A stretch of DNA of 64,000 nucleotides from the human T2T-CHM13v2.0 reference genome, Homo sapiens. Made by a program: the position numbers and the translations under genes. Position 1 is the first letter of the stretch. Each line of letters opens with the position of its first letter. The notes beneath the pieces are model-generated. The model was not told the DNA's origin and did no database searches. It saw only the letters and a list, made by a program, of their open reading frames with translations. Location of the stretch: assembly GCF_009914755.1 (NCBI RefSeq), contig NC_060933.1; one strand, 5' to 3'. This document shows positions 30,489 through 43,057 of this stretch, piece after piece.

Positions 30489-30777
30489 CTTTAGGGGGTA
30501 GAATTGTTGAGTGGGAAAACTTTTCCTAAGTGACAGGTAAGTTTGGTAAGTTTGACAGGTGAGTTTTGAAGAAAAAAATCTGTCAGAAGGATGAGGGCTA
30601 AATTGGGGCAGTGCAGATTTATTGGGCCTGGTGCAGAATGACAACTTGTGGTCCCTTGCAAAAAAATTATTAAAACTTACAAGACAGTGATAGCTTGTGG
30701 TGTGTCTCTATGGGTACAGTGTGGATATGGATTTGCAGATGCTACTGTGGAAAAGGGCAACACAACAGAGGAGATGG

Positions 30778-31446
30778 TATGGTGGGTTTGTATTGTGTCA
30801 ATTTAGTTAAGCTGGTATCGACTTTCCAAGGACTCCCTACCCTGCATAATTCAGGAATACTGTGGGCCACAAGAGACATTTTATATGAGATTTGAAAAGA
30901 GGAAGGGAAACAGCAACTATATTCTGTTTAGACTTGGAAGGTCTGTGCAGGGTGCAAGAGGTTGCTGCAGATTACCCAAATTATTGCTTATTCCCAGTTT
31001 ATCTTGTGGTATGGGGCAGCAGCAACCCTGTAACTCCTTCACTTCCCATCAGATCTCTTCTGTAATCTTCTCAAGCTTCCCACAACAAAGAACACTAGCT
31101 TTTCCTGCAGATCACCTACATATCACATCAAATTTGCAGGCTTGAAGGCACTGAGAGCCTAACACGGGTTTCCCTTCATCCTTGTGGGTTCTACTTTGTC
31201 TTATCAGATTCTGGTTTGTCCTTTCTCTTCTTCACTTTATATCCATGTGTTCTTCCTCTCTTTCTCCTTCTCCTCCTCTCCTCCTCCTCCTCCTTCTTCT
31301 TCTTCTGGCTGCCATGTAGACTTCAGCCCACATAAAGACTGTATAATTTGCTACACTATACTAAATATCAACTTGCTATATAACTTACTATACCTAATTC
31401 TATGTCATTCCTAGTGATTCTGTTTCTCTGATCGAACCCTGACTTG
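30778..31446 (+). mobile_element. ERVL-class solo LTR (subfamily uncertain)
   Basis: 5' end ggtgggtttgtattgtgtcaatttagttaagctgg...gtgggccacaagagacatttt and 3' end gattctgtttctctgatcgaaccctgac. Confidence 0.55.
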
Positions 31447-31681
31447 TAGTGAAAGGCTTAGAAAGTGAGGTACACAAGAAGACATTTTAAGGAGGCAGTA
31501 AACATGTGGTTTAAAGCATGGGTTGTGAAGATGACATAACTTGAGTTTATAAACTCATTTCTTTATTGCTACTTTACCAGTTGTGTAATCTCAGTTTGTG
31601 TGATAGGCAGACTCCAAGGTAGCCCCCAGTGACTTCTGCCTCCTGATATTATTCCCTTGTGTATATCCTCCCATATCATAA

Positions 31682-33069
31682 TGAGAGGTGACAGCATGCT
31701 GGCAGCCCTCACAGCCCTCGCTCACCCTCGGCGCCTCCTCTGCCTGAGCTCCCACTTTGGCGGCACTTGAGGAGCCCTTCAGCCCGCCGCTGCACTGTGG
31801 GAGCCCCTTTCTGGGCTAGCCAAGGCTGGAACCGGCTCCCTCAGGTTGCAGGGAGGTGTGGAGGGAGAGGCGCGAGCGGAAACCGGGGCTGTGTGCTGCG
31901 CTTGCGGGACAGCTGGAATTCCGGGTGGGCGTGGGCTTCGTGGGCCCTGCACTTGGAGCGGCCCGCCGGCTCTGCCGCCCCGGGCAATGAGGGGCTTAGC
32001 ACCCGGGCCAGTGGCTGCAGAGGGTTTACTGGGTCCCCCAGCAGTGCCAGCCCACTGGCGCTGCACTCGATTTCTCGCCGGGCCTTAGCTGCCTTCCCAC
32101 GGGGCAGGCCTAGGGACTGCAGCCTGCCATGCCTGAGCCTTCCCCCACCTCCGTGGGGTCCTGTGCAGCCCGAGCCTGCCCGACGAGCGCCGCCCCCTGC
32201 TCCACGGCACCCAGTCCCAGCCCTGGCAGGCAGCTCAACCTGCAGCCCCAGTGTGAGGTCCACTGGGTGAAGTCAGCTGGGCTCCTGAGTCTGGTGGGGT
32301 CTTGGAGAACCTTTATGTCTAGCTCAGGGATTGTAAATACACCAATTGGCACTCTGTATCTAGCTCAAGGTTTGTAAACACACCAATCAGCACCCTGTGT
32401 CTAGCTCAGGGTTTGTGAGTACACCAATGGACACTCTGTATCTAGCTACTCTGGTGGGGCCATGGAGAACCTTTGTGTCCATACTCTGTATCTAACTAAT
32501 CTGGTGGGGAGGTGGAGAACCTCTGTGTCTAGCTCAGGGATTGTAAAGGCACCAATCAGCACCCTGTCAAAACAGACCACTCGGCTCTACCAATCAGCAG
32601 GATGTGGGTGGGGCCAGATAAGAGAATAAAAGCAGGCTGCCGGAGCCAGCAGTGGCAACCCGCTGGGGTCCCCTTTCACACTGTGGAAGCTTTGTTCTTT
32701 CGCTCTTTGCAATAAACCTTGCTGCTGCTCACTGTTTGGGTCCACACTGCTTTTATGAGCTGTAACACTCACCGCGAAAGTCTGCAGCTTCACTCCTGAA
32801 GCCAGCGAGACTACGAGCCCATCGGGAGGAACGAACAACTCCAGATGCCCCGCCTTAAGAGCTGTAACACTCACTGTGAAGGTCTGCAGCTTCACTCCTG
32901 AGCCAGCGAGACCAGGAACCCACCAGAAGGAAGAAACTCCAAACACATCCGAACATTAGAAGGAACAAACTCCAGACGCGCCACCTTAAGAGCTGTAACA
33001 CTCACCGCGAGGGTCCGTGGCTTCATTCTTGAGGTCAGTGAGACCAAGAACCCACCAATTCCGGACACA
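31682..33069 (+). mobile_element. LTR12C (ERV9) solo LTR, near full length
   Basis: tgagaggtgacagcatgctggcagccctc...cccaccaattccggacaca, 1388 bp. 4-bp TSD ataa (31678-31681 and 33070-33073). CpG-rich 5' part and tandem U3 and U5 repeats. Confidence 0.96.
32342..32640 (+). promoter_or_regulatory. LTR12C U3 enhancer/promoter
   Basis: CCAAT at 32342, 32383, 32424, 32552 and 32590 (first three at 41-bp spacing), AGATAA 32616-32621 and the AATAAA TATA-like box 32625-32630. This is the known ERV9 NF-Y/GATA architecture. Confidence 0.75.
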
Positions 33070-35011
33070 ATAACAGAGATGGGGTATGTGATTAATAGAA
33101 TAATGCACAATTGATGGTATGTCACTCCCAAAGCAATAAGAGACACTGCAGCTTCTGCCTCTTCCTCTCTTGATTTACTCATTCTAGGGAAACCAGTGGC
33201 CATTTTGTTAGGAGAAACCCACATGGTAGGATTAGCCTTTTACTAACAACCATGTGACTGAATCTCAGTCAATCCCCAGTCAAGCCTTCATATGACATCA
33301 GTTCTGAGCAATATCTTGTTTGCAAACCTATGAGAGACTTTAAGCCAGAAACACCCACCTAAGACACTCCCAGGCTCATGACCCTTAGAAACTGAGCGAG
33401 ATGATGTATATATTGCTTTAGGCTGCTAAATTTGTTATATAGCAATCAATAACAAATAACCAATAAAATAACCAATATGTAAACAAGCAATAAAGTAAAC
33501 AATCAATTTTCTCACAAGTAAAATGAAGATGACCATAGTACCCACTTATTGGATTATTTTTAAGAATAAGAGAAAAAACATATATAAAGCATGTAGCCAC
33601 TGTATTTGGCATGTGGTAGCTGCAAGGATGAATGTTGCTCTTGCTGCTTTGCTGTTAGCATTATTACTATTGTTATTACTATATCTTCTTTAAAACTTGG
33701 TCTTCTATGATTGTTTCACTTCAGACTACAACAGGAGAAGCCTTGAGTAAGTAATATTTATATTGAGTCTGAAAACCTACTCTGTCATAAATTTACAGTG
33801 TCTGCCATCAGAAAATCAGTGGGTGTGAGTGTGGGGTAGATATGGAGACAACCCCATATGTAAGCCTTGTTAATGTTGTTTTATTTTAAATACATGGAGG
33901 GGCCCACACAGACTTCACCCCAAAGAAAGTATCCTAATCTTGGATTAGGATAGTAGCTGAATCAGTTCATGTTGGAACTCCAATGTCCCAAGGGCTGGAG
34001 AATATTAAAGGTTGAGAATTAAAATCTGTCATCTGCCTGCTTGGAAAATTAACCCAGTTGGTGATGGAGAATTACTGGAAAGTTATAAGAAACATAGACA
34101 CCTACCCAGAACTTCATGGTGCAAACAAAATTGAATGGCATTTAACATATCTAATTGTTAATGAAATGGGGTATTAATTGTAGAGCATTAATATCTGCCC
34201 TTCAGCAGTGGCTGCTTGCTTTCACTGGCAGTATTTGTATCTGAATAATAAAACATTGGAGCTTGAAGGGTTTTTCTAGATGAGCTCAGCCTTCTTTTAC
34301 AAATAAAGAAATAGGCTTGGAAATATACATATAAATGATAGTGGTGAATCTCTATCTTGTTCTCTCCTGAAGGGGGTTAAATGAGGGGTTGGGAGAAAGT
34401 GGTCTTTCTTTGGTTTCCTAAATAGTATCATTTAGTAATTCTGAGAATAGATATTGAAATCACACAGGGCTGCATCAAATTGCACCTTTCTTCTTTGTTA
34501 ACTGCAAGATTCTGGATGAGCTAACTTGGTATTGAATAACTTGCTAACTTTTTTTAAGCCTCAGTTTTCTCATCTGCAAAATAGAACTAGTAATAATACA
34601 TATGTCATAATGATATTATGAAGATTCAGAATATGCTTGGCCCATGGGAGGTGCCCTACAAATTTCAGGTTCTAATATTTTATATGCAATTCCTCAATGT
34701 TATGGCCTGTATATAAGAAAGAAATGGAATGCATAAATATTGTTGGGAGTATTCATTTGAATTTTGAGCTTTACTTAAAACACATTTAGCATTTTTCAGG
34801 GAATCCAGTCAGATTGCAAGATTTAAAAGTGATGACATTTTGTACAGCAAATATCACCTTCTGGTTTTGCAGTCTCTGAAGGCCAGACCACTTTGATGAC
34901 TTTCTTCAGGTTGGTTTTATACAGTAAAAGAAGGTAAGTCCAGGGGCTTCTTAGGAGGAGAGGGATATCCATCAAGAGATATCAAAGACCACCTCTCCCA
35001 TAATTGTAAAT

Positions 35012-35107
35012 CACATTCCCTGATTTACAATGGTTTAACTTATGATGTTTTGATTCATGATTTGGTTTTCTGGGTATAATCCCATTGTAAGTCAAGGTGC
35101 ATCTGTA
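35012..35107 (-). mobile_element. MER47C (Tigger MITE), copy 1
   Basis: cctgatttacaatggtttaacttatgatgttttga...cccattgtaagtcaaggtgcatctg followed by TA. Confidence 0.7.
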
Positions 35108-35849
35108 TAAGGAATATTATTTACATGAGATCACTGTACTCACCAGACAAGGAATAGGCATTACTCTTTCCATTCTACATTTGAGAAAATTAAAACTCAA
35201 AGTATTTGACTTCCCTACAGTTCCATAATTAATGCATAGTGGATCCAAGACTTGGGCTTTGGACCTATAACATGGACTCAGAGTGTTATTCTGGGCACTT
35301 GATCCTCAACAATATGTCTCCCACCTTCTTTACTTTGCTGTTTGCCCTCTAGGGATAAGTCTTCCTGAAGAGCTTGAGAGTTTACATCCTACTATTGTGA
35401 CTCCATTCATGCTCTTGCTCTTTGAGAAATAGCTAAAACCCAAGCCTCTTCAGGTTGTCAAGACCAGGGAGACCTACTGTGAGGCAATAGGCAGAACCAC
35501 AGAAGGCAGTCAGAGCATGAATAGTGTTCTTAGTGATGTTCCAGAGAAGTAGCATAGAAGAAAGAGATGGAAGCTGGATCATCGGCAAAATTTAAGTCAC
35601 TGGAAGAATTAGTAAGAAAAACCTTGGGCTCAATGCAAATAAATGGAGTCCTGAACAGTTTGCTGAAGCAAAGACTTTAAAACTGGGACACAAACAAGGT
35701 GAAATTACAAAATAGGACTTGGGAATAGGAACAATACAGCTAATGGTCCAAAGCAGGACAAGCCATTGATTGTTTAGAAACCATTGTTGTTAGCTACTTA
35801 TCTGGAAGAAAAGATTCAATCTCACATTATTGAGGGAATAATATATAAA

Positions 35850-35946
35850 CACAGTTCCTGAGTTACAGTGGTTCAACTTATAATGTTTTGATTCATGATT
35901 GCTTTTTTCTGGATATAATCCCATTGCAAATCAAGGTGCATCTGTA
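35850..35946 (-). mobile_element. MER47C, copy 2 (part of a local duplication)
   Basis: Shares substitutions and the 3' flank with copy 1. Confidence 0.7.
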
Positions 35947-35975
35947 TAAGGAATATTATTTACAGGAAGTCATTT

Positions 35976-36296
35976 TGTTGTAGGACTTTCTCCTTAGTTC
36001 AGCTAAAAATGGGGTCCTTGTCACACAACCATGAAAAATTAGGCTTGCAGACACTTTGAAGGGTGAGAAAAATGAAATTTATTGGGTAAAAAGGAAAAAA
36101 AATTCAGCAAAGTGAGAGAGGTTCCTGTTAACAGGCCCTCATCTCACAGATTGAATTCCAGGTAACCACCCCAGAACAGGAGAGACCAGGCCACACCCTT
36201 ACAAAGAGCGTGAACTTCCCGAGCCTCCACCCCATTCTCCCAGTGCGCAGGCCAGTCAGAGGTTCTCTGAGGACCTCTTTATACTTGGCTGTCTCG
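35976..36296 (-). mobile_element. MER61 (ERV1) solo LTR
   Basis: tgttgtaggactttctccttagttcagctaaaaa...ctttatacttggctgtctc is the reverse complement of recalled MER61A/B. Confidence 0.85.
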
Positions 36297-37335
36297 GCTT
36301 TACTCACCAGATGAGGAATAGGCATTACTCTTTCCATTCTACAGTTGAGAAAATTAAAACTCAAAGTATTTGACTTCCCTACAGTTCCATAATTAATAAG
36401 TAGTAAATCCAAGACTTGGACCTTGAACCTATATCTGTATAAGTACAAAAAAATAGGTGTGCAACTAGGATTACAGATAGGAATCAAATGGCTCTAATTT
36501 GATATCTGTGTCTATTAGTGGTGGGGATACGTTGAATGGCCAGGGTGGTCATTTTAAAGCAGGATAACAGACCTATCTTTAAATGGAAAATGAGAACATG
36601 ACCCTTCTTTAGTGATATTTTCTCTAACATCGTGATGACCACACTCTCCATCACCACTCTGAGCCTCGCGATATATTTGAATGAAGGCCCAAAGTTCATG
36701 CAAGTCTTTTGTCTTTTCGGAGTAAATGGATTACATTGACATAAGTAGAATCAAAGCAGAAAAGTGGCCAAGGTTGTTTAGAAATATTTGAACAAAGATT
36801 AGACCAATACAGTTTAACTTCACTTTCACTGGACAAGTGGTGAAAAAATAATTGAGTAGTTTCAGAAAGGCCCAAGTTTGAATCCTGGTTCTCTCTTTAA
36901 CCAACAGTTGAATTTGAGAGCCAGTGTCATGTCTCTGTACTTAATCTTCTTTAACAGGTGGAACGTACTTGCCCCACTTAATATGATAAAGTTGCTATAA
37001 AGAAATAGGATGAGGTATGTGTGAAATAGTATTCTAAACTCACTGTGCACATGGAGAATTGACAACTTTCCTTTAATATCAATGGCCAAGGTCACCATTT
37101 GCCTAGGACTAGAGGACTCCTGAGGAAACAGAAATCAGTACATGCATTCTATATCCAGGGCCAAGAGGATAGAAATCCTGCTCGGTGGGAAGAACAATGA
37201 ACTGAAATTCCAAGTGTCTGGGTACTTCTCGTTTCTTCCACTTATTAACAGTGTGACCCTTGGCAATTATTCCTTTACCTCTCTGAGCCTTAATTTCCTC
37301 TCCTGTTAAATGAAGGAGATAATGTAAAATCTAGA

Positions 37336-37512
37336 ATGTTGGTTCTCAACCTTGGCTACAAATGAGCTCTCCATGGGTGCTTTTAAAGGCCTGATGTCCA
37401 GGAGATACCCCAGATTAATTAAATCAGAATCTCTGAGCATAGAATATAGGCATTGGTATTTTTTTAAACTCCCCAGGTAATTCCAAAATGTAACCATGTT
37501 CAAGACCCATTG
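37336..37512. mobile_element. MER5-family MITE
   Basis: tggttctcaaccttggct...aaatcagaatctctg...ttttaaactccccaggtaattcc. Confidence 0.7.
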
Positions 37513-37655
37513 ATCATTCTAGATAGTTTCAAGGTCAGGCCCTTCCATGTCTAATACTCTAGTATTTTGCAAAAACCTCTTGTTAGCTCTAGATCAGTCC
37601 CTCTCCAATTTCTTCGTAGAGATAGGTAATGCCATTGTGAGTCCAATATGCCAGC

Positions 37656-38112
37656 TGTATTACTTTCCTAGAGTTACAAAGAACCACAAACTGGGAAGCT
37701 GAAACAAGAGAAATTTCTTGTTGCACAATTCTGGAGGCTTAGAAGTCTGAGACCAAGGTGTTGGCAGGGTTGGTTCCCCATGAGGTCTCTAAGAAAGATT
37801 CTGTGTTACATCTTTTCCCCTAGCTTCTGGTAGTTTGCTGTCAATCTTTGGGATTTATTGGATGGTAGAAGCATTGGCTCAATCTCTGCCTTCATCTTCA
37901 CATGGCATTCTCCTTGTGTGTGTTTCTGTATTCACATTTCCCCATTTTTATAAGGAAGCCAATCATATTTGATTAAGGGCCCAACCTATTTCTATATGGC
38001 CACATCTTAACAACATCTGCAGGGACCCTACATCCAAATAATGACACAAGTTGAAGTACTGAGGGTTAGGACTTCAGTATATGAACTCTGGAGGGACACA
38101 GTTCAGTTTGAA
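37656..38112 (-). mobile_element. MLT1C-type MaLR solo LTR
   Basis: tgtattactttcctag...ccacaaactggg...gagggttaggacttcagtatatgaa...gggacacagttcag. Confidence 0.8.
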
Positions 38113-39139
38113 ATAATATTACCATAGTACCTATAGATTTCAACAATTGGGTAGAGCATTATTGGTGTTAGATGATTTCCTGAAACCTCTGTAATTGGTT
38201 TCAAAGGAGGACTCCTTTCACACAGAACACAACACACTCCCTCCGTTTCTCTCTCCCAGTTGCCCCTGGCCTCACCCACCTTCAAATTCTTTGCTCCCTG
38301 CCTGCCCCCTCCTGTCTCCTCTAATGATTCCTTGCCAACAAGGGAGGGAGACCCTGGCCCCTTCATTTGCCAGTTTAGGGATTTTCCACTAAGCATCTCA
38401 ACTCCCTGCCAACCACCTTTAGTTATTAAAATGCAGCTCACAACGTCTCACCCTGGCTGTTACATTATCATTCCTCGTTAGAGACTCCTCCAGGGCCTGA
38501 GACATCCCTGCACTGACTTTATAATTACAAAGTCAATTTCTAAACAGACATTTGCAAATAAGTCAATTTAAATACCGAGATTTGCAAACAATAATTAAGC
38601 AGTAGCTTCTTTTTTAATATCTCTATATATAATTAATGCCTGTGGGCTTTTCATTTTACCTTGCAACTGGGTAGTTTGCAATAGTTTGTTGAGCTAAAGT
38701 GTTCTCTGAAAGCAAATCAAAGCACAGGGGAGATTTTGAAAGTGATTGAAGAATGAGTTTTTCCTTTTCCTTCCTTATCCCTACTTCACCTGATTGGCTA
38801 GGTTTCTTATCAGGTGGGACCATGATAGGGCAGGGATGCTGAAGCAGGATCATTTTCCGCAGTAAAAACAGTAACAACACAGGGTTCTGGTCCAGAGATA
38901 GCTTGGTTAATATGGCCTCTAAAATCAAATATACAGTCAAGGCATTTCTCTATGCAAGAAGCCTCAGATTCTACTCATTCCAGCATCATCTACACAGTGA
39001 TATCTCTCAGTACTCAGCTTTGATAGTGTATTCTTCCTAGTTTAAACCAATCTGCAGCATATCCCTGCCAGCTATAGGATAATAGCCTGACCCTGACATT
39101 CAACATCCTTTGCAATCTTGCCTTACCCTCTCTTTTAAA

Positions 39140-39640
39140 CAAGTATTACTGAAAACCTACTAGATGCTAGGGAAAATGCCAGGTAACAAGGGCACACTGG
39201 TAACTAAGACACAATCTATTTTGAAGTCTAGTGGGGATAGAAAAAGTAAATTCAAAGATAAAATGTTATAAAAGGGGAAGGAGAAGGAAAGCTAGCTTGA
39301 TCTGAAGACTTAGGAATGTCCTTTTAAGAAAGTGATTATCTAAACTGAAATATCAAGGATGAGTAGTTATCAACAAGATGAAGATTGAGGAGGATGGTTA
39401 TTTTATGTAAAAGCCTTTTAGAAGCTGTAGAGATTAACAAACACAAAAACTGTTTGAAAAACCAAAAAGAATGGGCCTAAATGGTAGCTAACATAAATGA
39501 GGGAAAAGATGGGTCTAGGCAAAGAAACAGACTAAAATCCTGAAGGCCTTGTATTACAAGTTAAGAAGTTTGAGCTTTATACTAAGGATAGCAGGGAGTC
39601 ATGAAAGGGTTTTAGGGAGTGAGGTGACCAGTGTGGCTTA
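39140..39640 (-). mobile_element. L2 fragment
   Basis: tattactgaaaacctacta...gaaggccttgta...agtttgagctttatactaagg; approximate bounds. Confidence 0.55.
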
Positions 39641-40440
39641 TGATGCCCCAGCTGTGTTCCCAAGCCACGCTAGACAATCTCTCCAAGTTAGTTGGATTAT
39701 CTGACAAATCTTGATTTAGCTTCCTAATCTCACCTCTAATGAGCATGTTTCTACCAATATTCCCAACCCAGCTTAATACCTCACCATCAAAGTCTAACAC
39801 AGAAATCATAGCCTCTGTGAAATGTCTTTTATCCCTCCACAACTTTCTTATAAAAATGGGTCACCTCCTAATGAGTGCTTCCAAAACATTTTGTTCAGTT
39901 CTCCAATTCAATACTTATGACATGCACGTTAATAGTAAAGCTTTCATTGTTCCCAGGTTAGTGTATCTATACTCACCATGGTGCTCAGCAAACAGTAAGC
40001 ATTTACAAATAGTTTAGAATCATCATCATCAATTTGACCAACAGATGAAACCTTCAGAATTTTTCAGAAAGAGAATCCTCACATGTGCCGTGGTGGGAGC
40101 TGGCATGTTTTGCCTTCAGAATGTCCTCAAGCGCAGTCATAATCTCCCTTCATCCAGGATGTTTCTGTTCAGTTCATGGGAAAAGAGTTTCTGTGCAGCT
40201 TTCTTTAGGTAGAAGGAGGCTGACTGAAGTCAGCATTCCCCAGAAGAGAGACAGGGACTCCAGAGTTAAGAGTGCATGAGAGGTCAGAGGCACTGACAGC
40301 TCTTTTTAAGGTGCTGAGATTCTCAGCCCAAAATACAGACGGGAATTCCACTGACCCACAGAAGCCTACTTTGCCCTCTGACTCAGAGATAAACATCTTT
40401 CTTTTTTTTCATGTTCACTCTTCTTAGAGAGACAGATCCA

Positions 40441-40742
<302 letters not shown>

Positions 40743-42261
40743 TTAGGCCCAGGGTCTGGGCTCTAGAAAAGCCAGCCCTGCTCCACTAAATGCTAGGCCC
40801 GCCTGGAAAAGTTAAAGAGTTGACCAGCTGAGGTTCACTCAAGGCCTCCACTTCCTGCTTGAATCATTTCATATTTTTGGTTCAAACCAGTCAGCACCAG
40901 GGCTAAGTGACCTTTAGTGGGCCACATATTTTGCAATCCAGACATTAACTAACAGATTATTATTGAGCCCAGTAGTCCTTTTCAACATAGATTTTGTCTC
41001 CTCAGGGAATGTTTTCTGGAGGCTTTAGTGTTCATTTCTTATGGTGTTTTCTTAGTAAACTCATCATCTCTGGAAGAGTCTTAAATGCTAACAAGAAGGA
41101 TTACATAGAACGTGGATACATAGCTCCCTAAAATACTTAATTTCCCAGTATTGAGAGTGAGTTGTCAGGACACTCCTCTAATCCTAATCCTCATACCTGT
41201 TTGTTTCAGCGCCTGGCTCATGTTCTAGATACAGCTGCATGGGATAATCTGATATTGGTTCTGACTGAGATTACCCTGAATTTAATTTTTTTCCCCTTAA
41301 GCCAAAGACATTCAAACTTAGGTGCACATTAGGGGAAATAAAAAACAAACAAACAAACAAACAAAATAGCACTGAGTATTTAAAAAATAATCTTCTGCAG
41401 TGATTTAATGTTCAGAATGAGAACTAGTGGTTTAAGTCACCATTCATTTAAATTGGCTTTGTTCTGATTAAAGGGCCTAGCCACCTGAAGTTGTCCAAAC
41501 CGGGGGCCCATTGCAGACAGAAGCAGACAGATAAATGGACAAAGTTTTAACTGTGGTGACATCTTTTCCTTGTCAGTCATCTAAATACTTGAAGAAGAAC
41601 TTAACATAATAAGGAGAGAGCAGGAACCTTATTCCAGTTTCTTGTTGTTTTGGGTGGCTTTGAATTCGCCCTCCTATATCTGGGTGAGCACAGACTTCTG
41701 TGAACTCCTACTGGCATATTTTTCTGGTCCTTCTCCCCTCACCCTTCTCTTCCCTTTTACTCATTTTTTTCTATCTTCTTTTCTGGTTTTCTTTTACTAC
41801 CTCCGTAGTAGTTAAGGAACACCAGAATGGGGACCACAGAGAGTGTGGGGCGCATTGTGCTTGTGGTTACTGTATGCCATTGAAGAGTCACTTAATTTTG
41901 GGGGCCCCCTTTTATCCATATGTATTTAGTTGATTGGATTAGATAGGATCATATCTCCCTACATTATTAAAATTCCATATTTTGCTATGTTTTATATTTT
42001 ATTCTTTTCTATTCTTCTTTCCTTTTCTTTACATCCTCTCTCTGTATAAGCTTCTGAAAGTTGAATGTTGAGTAAATGGCGGATGATTATTTTAGTCTTC
42101 TTTGTAACTACTTTTGGTCCAGTTTCAAAAGTTCACAGCAAAGCTATGGTACAGAGAAGTCAATAGTCATAGCTAGATGGAAATGTTCTAGTTCACTCCC
42201 TCTACTGAGCTTTCACTTAACATTAACTTCTTCATTGGGTATGGACATGCATTTTCCTACC

Positions 42262-43057
42262 TGTTATACTAATAGTTTGAATGTATGTCCCTGTCCAAAT
42301 CTAATATTGAAATGTAATCCCTAATGTTAGAGGTGGGGCCTGGTGGAAGGTGATTGAATTATGGAAGTGAATTTCTCGTAAATAGTATATTAGTTCGTTC
42401 TCGCGCTGCTATGAAGAAATACCCAAGACTGGGTAATTTATAAGGGAAAGAGGTTTAATTGATTCACAGGTCCTCATTGCTAGGGAGGCCTCAGGAAACT
42501 TACAATCATGGTAGAAGGCACCTCTTCACAGGGTGGCAGAAGGGAGAATGAGTGCCAGCAGAGGAAATGCCAGACACTTATAAAACCATCAGCTCTTGTG
42601 AAAACTCATTCACTATCATGAGAACAGCATGGGGAAACCACCCCCATGATTCAATTACCTTCACTTGGTCTAGCCCTTGACATATGGGAATTATTACAAT
42701 TCAAGGTGAGATTTCAGTGGGGACACAGAGCCAAACCACATCAAATAGTTTAGCACCACCCACCTTAGTACAGGCCTCATGATAATGAGTGAGTTCTTAT
42801 GAGATCTGGACATTTGAAAGTGGGTAGCACCTCCCCTCTTGCTCTATTTCTCGTGCTTTTGCCATGTGACGTACCTGCTCCCCCTTCTCCTTCCACCAAG
42901 ATTGTACATTTCCTAAGGCCTCCCCAGAAGCCAAGCAGATGCCAGCATCACGCTTCCTGTATAGCCTACAGAACCATGAGTCAATTAAACTTCTTTTCTT
43001 TATAAATTTCCCAGTCTCAGGTATTTCTTTACAGCAATGTAAGAACCAACCAATACA
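42262..43057 (+). mobile_element. MSTB-type MaLR LTR interrupted by THE1
   Basis: aaatgtaatccctaatgttagaggtggggcctggtgg...caataca; 5-bp TSD ctacc (42257-42261 and 43058-43062). Confidence 0.88.
42386..42743 (-). mobile_element. THE1C/D solo LTR
   Basis: tatattagttcgttctc...gggacacagagccaaaccacatca; 5-bp TSD aatag (42381-42385 and 42744-42748). Confidence 0.9.

Larger units (their letters stand above)
31599..33465 (+). mobile_element. MLT1F-type MaLR LTR, inserted in a MIR and interrupted by LTR12C
   Basis: tgtgataggcagactccaaggtagcccccag... resumes after 33069 (gatggtatgtcactcc...) and runs to ttatatagcaatcaataac. MIR halves at ~31490-31597 and ~33500-33625. Confidence 0.75.

Noticed and set aside
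30534-30563. Three adjacent splice-donor-like motifs (caggtaagt, tggtaagt, caggtgagt)
   Set aside because: Explained by short tandem micro-duplications in decayed L2-like sequence, with no convincing upstream acceptor or exon.
32300-33060. Regularly spaced 41-bp and ~70-120-bp repeats superficially resembling a CRISPR-like array
   Set aside because: They are the known U3/U5 tandem repeats of ERV9 LTR12. There are no unique spacers or cas genes, and the context is eukaryotic.
31767-33224. Cluster of overlapping ORFs (80-167 aa) on both strands
   Set aside because: These are stop-poor frames caused by the GC-rich LTR12C sequence, not genes.
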